Positions 59,619 through 64,000 of a stretch of 64,000 nt of DNA are shown one piece after another. Position 1 is the stretch's first letter. Each line of letters opens with the position of its first letter. The DNA lies in contig JAXHVD010000002.1 of NCBI GenBank assembly GCA_034189385.1, forward strand, positions 128,001-192,000, written 5' to 3'. The notes beneath the pieces were generated by a model. It was not told where the DNA came from, ran no database searches, and saw nothing but the letters and a program-made list of their open reading frames with translations. The position numbers and the translations under genes are program-made. The DNA comes from Thermodesulfobacteriota bacterium. Its GTDB lineage: Bacteria > Desulfobacterota > Desulfobacteria > Desulfobacterales > C00003060.

Positions 59619-61958
59619 ATGGCAACACTAAGAATAGCACCTGTTAATAGAATCGAAGGACATATGGATGTCTCGGCCACGACCGATGTGAACAAGGTCG
59701 TCACTCACGTAGACAACGAGGTAGTCATGTTCCGCGGCCTTGAAAATGTCATGGTCAAGCGGGACCCGCGGGACGCACCCATTATCACGCCACGTACCTG
59801 AGGCGTCTGACCGATTACACATGGCTCGGCGAGCCATAAAGCGGTTGGAGAGGCCTATGGGTTCAAGGTGGACTACTCTCACTCAAACACTGGTGGCTAT
59901 CCAGGCGGACCTGCCGATTTTTGGGCAAACAACGCCAGCGGAACGCCCACCATCAACAAACTGTATGAGGATGTTCCGGCCAATGGCGTATTGCTCAGAA
60001 ACCTGGCCATGGCGTCCAACTACCTCATGTCCCACATTCTGCATTTCTACCATCTGGTAGCCTTGGATTATGTGGATGTAAACGGCACGGGGCTGATCCC
60101 GAAAGGGTTCCTCTGCCCGAACTATGACAGTAACTACTACGCCAGGGGGATCGACCCTGTCTTGCAGACAGGCGGTCTCGGAGCGCCGGCGTACACGGTC
60201 AACAATGCCCCTGTGGCGAACCCAAACGTTCCCGCAGGCGTTGCCGGCGATCTCACCCCCTACCTTGCAGGACAGTATGTGCGCGCCTTAAAGGCGCGCC
60301 GGATGGCCCATCAGCTCGGCGCCATCTTTGCGGGCAAGATGCCCCATGCCTCCTGTTTCACACCGGGGTGCGTAACGACTAAGTCGTACGATCCCACGCC
60401 GGGCGGCTCTGACGCTGCCGTGGTGAACAAGGTTCACGAGCTACTCTACGGTGGGCCCGGATTTGACGCGACCGCCCCGGGTGCACTCACCATGTCCAAC
60501 CCCCATCCGGAAAGCCTCATGGGCTTTATCGGAAAGCCCAGCGATTTCTGGAATTGGGCTGCGGACGCCAGTGGATCCACAGGCGGTTTGGGCTTTGGCT
60601 TTGCGCCCGAGTTTCTCCCGCCATGGGCAGCCGCTGGTGCGGCAACCGCAGGACCACTGGCCGGCCTCCTTGGGTCAGGGCCGTGGACACACGGCGGCAC
60701 CTTCATGTTTGATACGGTGGCCGCTGCCCACTGCTTCCCCGAGTACTTCTGGATCGGTTCCGGCTACGGCCGTTACCTGGCCTGGGGGATCTTTGAGGGG
60801 GCAGCCCCAGGGCACCCGGACGAAAGGCTCCTGACCAGGGGTCGGGTCCACACGCCGCTGGCGCCCAATCCTCCGGGGACACCCTACGCATATGACTACA
60901 AGCATCATGGTGCGGACCACTTGAAGGCCAAGGAGTTTACCACAAACTCCTGGTACTATGATCCCGCGGGGATCGACTACGGGCGGCACATGTGGAAGGG
61001 CAAGACCAAGCCGAGGTCCCGTGCGACCAAGCCCAGTGCCTACACCTTTGCCAAGACCCCGCGCTACAAAAACAATGCGAGCACGGCTGCCTGGGAGATT
61101 GCCGATCATCCCAACGCCGCCTATCTTCCCTACGAGGTGGGACCGCTTGCCAGGATGATATCCAATGCCTCTCTGCTGACCACACCGGGCGGCCCAGCCA
61201 CAGCAGGCGAAGTGGTTGCCGTGGACAGCGGGGCCTTTGGGTGTTACTACCCGGGTATCCTCGCAGATGTGGATGCCGTTCTGGCTCCCGCAGGTGTCGG
61301 AGGACCATCGCCCATTGGCGTGTTCCCGGGCAGGGGAGTCAACATGACAGCGCACATCACCTTTCTGGCCGGTGCGGGCGTTTTCTACCTGCCGCCAAAC
61401 GCCTTCTCACCACAGGTATTGGGGAACGGTTTCCACAGCGACTACATGGGCGGTGCCACGCTGGACAGGATCGCGGCCAGGACCCTGGAGACGTACTACG
61501 TGGGGGCGCAGATGCTCAACTGGTTTAACGCCCTTAACCCAGCCGCCCAGTCCAACAAGACCCTGTTCTTTGACTATAGCGGCTTCACGAACAAGACAGC
61601 GCCCAAGAAGGCGAAAGGCGCAGGCCTGACTGAGGCCCCAAGGGGCGCTCTCGGGCACTGGATCAAGATCGGCAAGCCTGACGGGACTTGGAAGGGCAAG
61701 ACGGAAAGGTACCAGATCATCACGCCCACGGCCTGGAACATCAGCCCCAAGGATGCCGTTAATGCGACAGAGAAGACCCTGGGTCTGATGGGTCCCATTG
61801 AAAGGTGCATCTGGGGTACCCCTGTGGTGGCCGAATCAGAGCCGATCGAGGTGTTGAGGATTATCCATTCCTTTGACCCGTGCTGTGCCTGTACGGTCCA
61901 TCTGATGAACCCGAAAAAGGAGAAGGTGGCCGAGGTCACACTCGAAGCCCTCATGTAG
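59619..61958 (+). CDS. [NiFeSe]-type hydrogenase large subunit with two in-frame UGA (predicted Sec) in the N-terminal motif; 779 aa
   Basis: RIEGH, FRGLE, RDPRDA, then R-T-TGA-G-V-TGA-P-I-T-H; frame runs on into the 59868 ORF; EAPRGALGHW, DPCCACTVH and a C-terminal extension; AAGGAGG RBS. Confidence 0.9.
59802..59855 (+). promoter_or_regulatory. Putative bacterial SECIS element
   Basis: Perfect ATGGCTC-ggc-GAGCCAT stem starting 10 nt after the second UGA, with lower stems ccgat/gttgg and ggcgtct/agaggcc. Confidence 0.75.
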
Positions 61959-62001
61959 GAATCCATTCCAACTGGAAGGGAGTTCCTTATAACCTTAAAA
62001 G

Positions 62002-62030
62002 AAAAGGGGCCATTTTATGGCCCCTTTTCT
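62002..62030. terminator. Intrinsic (bidirectional) terminator after the large subunit
   Basis: aaaaggggccat-ttt-atggcccctttt. Confidence 0.85.
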
Positions 62031-62164
62031 ATTTGATCTCACAAAGCTGGCGCGACCCGCCCGTTGAGTCCTCGCAAGCCATATCGCCATACCCATTGGA
62101 GACAGCCTGGTGTCCCAAGGAATGACTTACATAATTGGCGAGGTCGCCAAGAACGCCGGGGGGG

Positions 62165-62312
62165 AATATCGTAAATCCGAAATTCGAAAATCGAAGCACG
62201 AAACAAATTCGAATGACCAGAATTCCAATGAACGAAAAACTTCACAAACGTTTGAGGACATGATAATATTTAAATTTCTGTCATTGTTTCGGATTTCGTG
62301 CTTCGAGTTTAA
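62165..62312. repeat. Inverted heptamer arrays (AAT.CGA / TCG.ATT type)
   Basis: aaatccgaaattcgaaaatcgaagcacgaaac ... gtttcggatttcgtgcttcgagttt. Confidence 0.6.
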
Positions 62313-62447
62313 TGTCTTGATGACTCTCCGCAGATCATGGATTACTTCCACGATACTGTTATGACGATGCGTGCGTTTTGGCGGGGAAACTGGTATACTA
62401 TTAATTTTATACTTGGAACGAATCCCCGATGAACAAGGAGGCAATGA

Positions 62448-62918
62448 GTGGAGAGTGATAAGCCTATACTGGTTTTGGGCGTGGGCAACCTGCTGCTGAA
62501 AGACGAAGGGGTGGGCGTCCACGTGGCCCGAAAACTCATGGAGATGGACCTGCCGTCCCATGTGGAGGTCCTGGATGGCGGCACAGGCGGCTTTGATCTG
62601 CTGGATGAGCTCGAAGGGCGCAAAAAGGTGATCGTTGTGGATACGGCGCAGGCGGGAAAGCCTGCCGGGACCATGTATCGCATGACCACAGAGGACATTG
62701 AAAAGACGGAAAAGGCCCGCATCTCTCTCCATGAGATTGACATGACCGATCTGTTGAAGCTGGCCGACCTGTTCAAGATTGAAAAGCCAGAGATCGTGAT
62801 CATCGGCATTGAACCCAAGGACATGGAGAGCGCCAGCACGGAGCTTTCTCCGGAGATCGAGGCCCTCATTCCCAAGGTGATCGACGTTGTGCTCAAGGAA
62901 ATAGGGGTAGATGAGTAG
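62448..62918 (+). CDS. Hydrogenase maturation endopeptidase (HybD/HyaD family), canonical
   Basis: GVGNLLLKDEGVG, DGGT, IVVD, SLHE; AAGGAGG RBS. Confidence 0.93.
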   Translation: MESDKPILVLGVGNLLLKDEGVGVHVARKLMEMDLPSHVEVLDGGTGGFDLLDELEGRKKVIVVDTAQAGKPAGTMYRMTTEDIEKTEKARISLHEIDMTDLLKLADLFKIEKPEIVIIGIEPKDMESASTELSPEIEALIPKVIDVVLKEIGVDE

Positions 62919-62920
62919 CA

Positions 62921-63425
62921 CAAGTTAGCGCCTCACGGGTTGAAAAGAGGCGCGCCCCCTTATCAACCGTTAGAAATAACACCTAAAAGTGTGCTGGGGT
63001 TGCTAGAAAACGGAAGAACCCTGGTTTGAACCTTTCTGATGCAATGGGAGCCTCGGGAGTATGAAATCCGCTTCTCTTCGGCCTCCAATGCCTTTAGTAG
63101 CTGTGCGAAAATCGATGAGATCGCAAAAAGCACATTTTGCTCGCTCCGTGAGCCTTTTGGGCGCACCCGTAATGTTCGGCTAAAATGCTAAAACTCTCCG
63201 CCGCGGCGGATCAAACAGTTAGCATTTCTTAACGCCAAACATCCCAAGTGCTCTTCTCCCAAAATGCTCAATGTCGTTCGCAAAAGACTTTTTACGAGTT
63301 CATCAAAGATTGGAGGTAGGAATGGCTGTAGGCCTTCGTTCAGCGAATTTCCCCATCCCTCTTTTGCCAAATCCGGGGGGTACAAGTGTTGACAGACCTA
63401 CTATGAGTGGAAACGGGGGGTGGGA
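62921..63425. mobile_element. MITE family B copy, interrupted by a nested family A' element
   Basis: Left TIR caagttagcgcctcacgggttga; body matches about 37170-37446. Confidence 0.8.
63112..63306 (-). mobile_element. Family A' element nested in family B
   Basis: Termini tcgatgagatcgcaaaaag / ctttttacgagttcatcaa; absent from the 37 kb family B copy. Confidence 0.75.
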
Positions 63426-63435
63426 CAGGTGAGTA

Positions 63436-63527
63436 AGTAGTTTTCCCGCCCAGAAACCGGGTATTTTCTGGGCCAGGATAGGTGATTTCCGCAATTGCGT
63501 CCTCGTACGGTTCTATGGTTCTATAAT
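63436..63527 (+). promoter_or_regulatory. Triple-repeat operator plus promoter (island motif copy 4)
   Basis: AGTAGTTTTCC..aaaccGGGTATTTTC..gatAGGTGATTTCC.caaTTGCGT...TATAAT. Confidence 0.6.
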
Positions 63528-63580
63528 GATGGGACAGGGGCGCGAAGCGGGGCCGAGTTCGGTTATCAAAGGAGAAGCCA

Positions 63581-64000
63581 ATGATTTTGTTGAGGCGCAT
63601 CTTCAGTAATAGGGGAATCATCAGGTCAAAATTGGCCTGGTTGCTTGTGGTGTTGTGTGTGGTGACCGTTCTTGTTCTTGTGAGATGGCCCAAGGAAACA
63701 AGAAAGGAATCCATAAAAACTGCATCAGTTGAAGAAGCCCAAGAAGAGGTTGTTGCTAAAGTCGCTGTGGAGGAACAAGAAACACTGCGAGAGGATCCGT
63801 TACCTGAGAAGTGGCCACAGAAAGAACCCGAAGAAGTAGAAATGGATGTGGTAATGACTTTACAAGGAGTTGTAACAAACAGTGATCCTTGCATTCAGCT
63901 CCTTACTGTGGAGGGCTTTGATTTTGATACGGGACCTCTTGACGTGAGCGGTATTCGGGCCGGCGATGTCGTGAAAGCCCACTATGTTGAGAAAAGGCTA
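63581..64000 (+). CDS. Membrane-anchored hypothetical protein (runs off the window)
   Basis: AAGGAG RBS, ATG 63581, open to the window end: MILLRRIF...LAWLLVVLCVVTVLVLV (TM), acidic linker, then a beta-rich domain. Confidence 0.7.
   Translation, partial: MILLRRIFSNRGIIRSKLAWLLVVLCVVTVLVLVRWPKETRKESIKTASVEEAQEEVVAKVAVEEQETLREDPLPEKWPQKEPEEVEMDVVMTLQGVVTNSDPCIQLLTVEGFDFDTGPLDVSGIRAGDVVKAHYVEKRL

Noticed and set aside
59619..59867. Large subunit as a pseudogene, or as a split 60-aa plus 696-aa gene pair
   Set aside because: Both stops are TGA at exactly the two ligand Cys positions, the frame is continuous, a SECIS-like hairpin follows, and a protein starting at 59868 would lack L1
59740..60060. 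106-aa alternative-frame ORF bridging the TGA region (frameshift hypothesis)
   Set aside because: No hydrogenase motifs; homology stays in the TGA-containing frame
1..64000. Genome-wide UGA reassignment (translation table 4 or 25)
   Set aside because: hypE (PRIC-TGA), glyS and the response regulators end at TGA at their expected C-termini
1..64000. CRISPR array, rRNA, or an autonomous transposase/integrase
   Set aside because: No regularly spaced identical repeats with unique spacers; no rRNA-like or transposase-like sequence seen

Overview
Bacterial chromosomal window, most likely from an anaerobic deltaproteobacterium (Desulfobacterota; inferred from gene content, not proven). 1-26.5 kb is mostly housekeeping: tRNA-Asn, tex, purD-purE-tsaC, ino1, mgtE-recO-glyQ-glyS, NUDIX, tsaA and TolC. 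26.9-34.3 kb is a decaying exosortase/EPS locus containing a BrnT/BrnA toxin-antitoxin pair. 34.5-36.7 kb holds a CysD/PAPS-reductase-family gene and a nucleotide pyrophosphatase gene. 37.5-64 kb is a self-contained hydrogenase island: two Cys-rich PAS kinases with three NarL-type regulators, hypE/A/B/F and hypC/D, two maturation proteases (one highly divergent), two radical SAM genes co-oriented downstream of hypCD, and a Tat-exported [NiFe] hydrogenase. Headline finding: the large-subunit gene (59619-61958) appears split in the ORF track but is one reading frame. Both cysteines of its N-terminal Ni-binding motif are in-frame TGA codons (R-T-U-G-V-U-P-I-T-H), followed by a SECIS-like hairpin, while the C-terminal motif is all Cys (DPCCAC). 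This predicts a di-selenocysteine [NiFeSe] hydrogenase with Sec at the opposite positions from known [NiFeSe] enzymes. A conserved triple-repeat promoter motif found four times across the island suggests a dedicated regulon. Several MITE-like repeat families are present, one demonstrably inserted with a CTAG target duplication.
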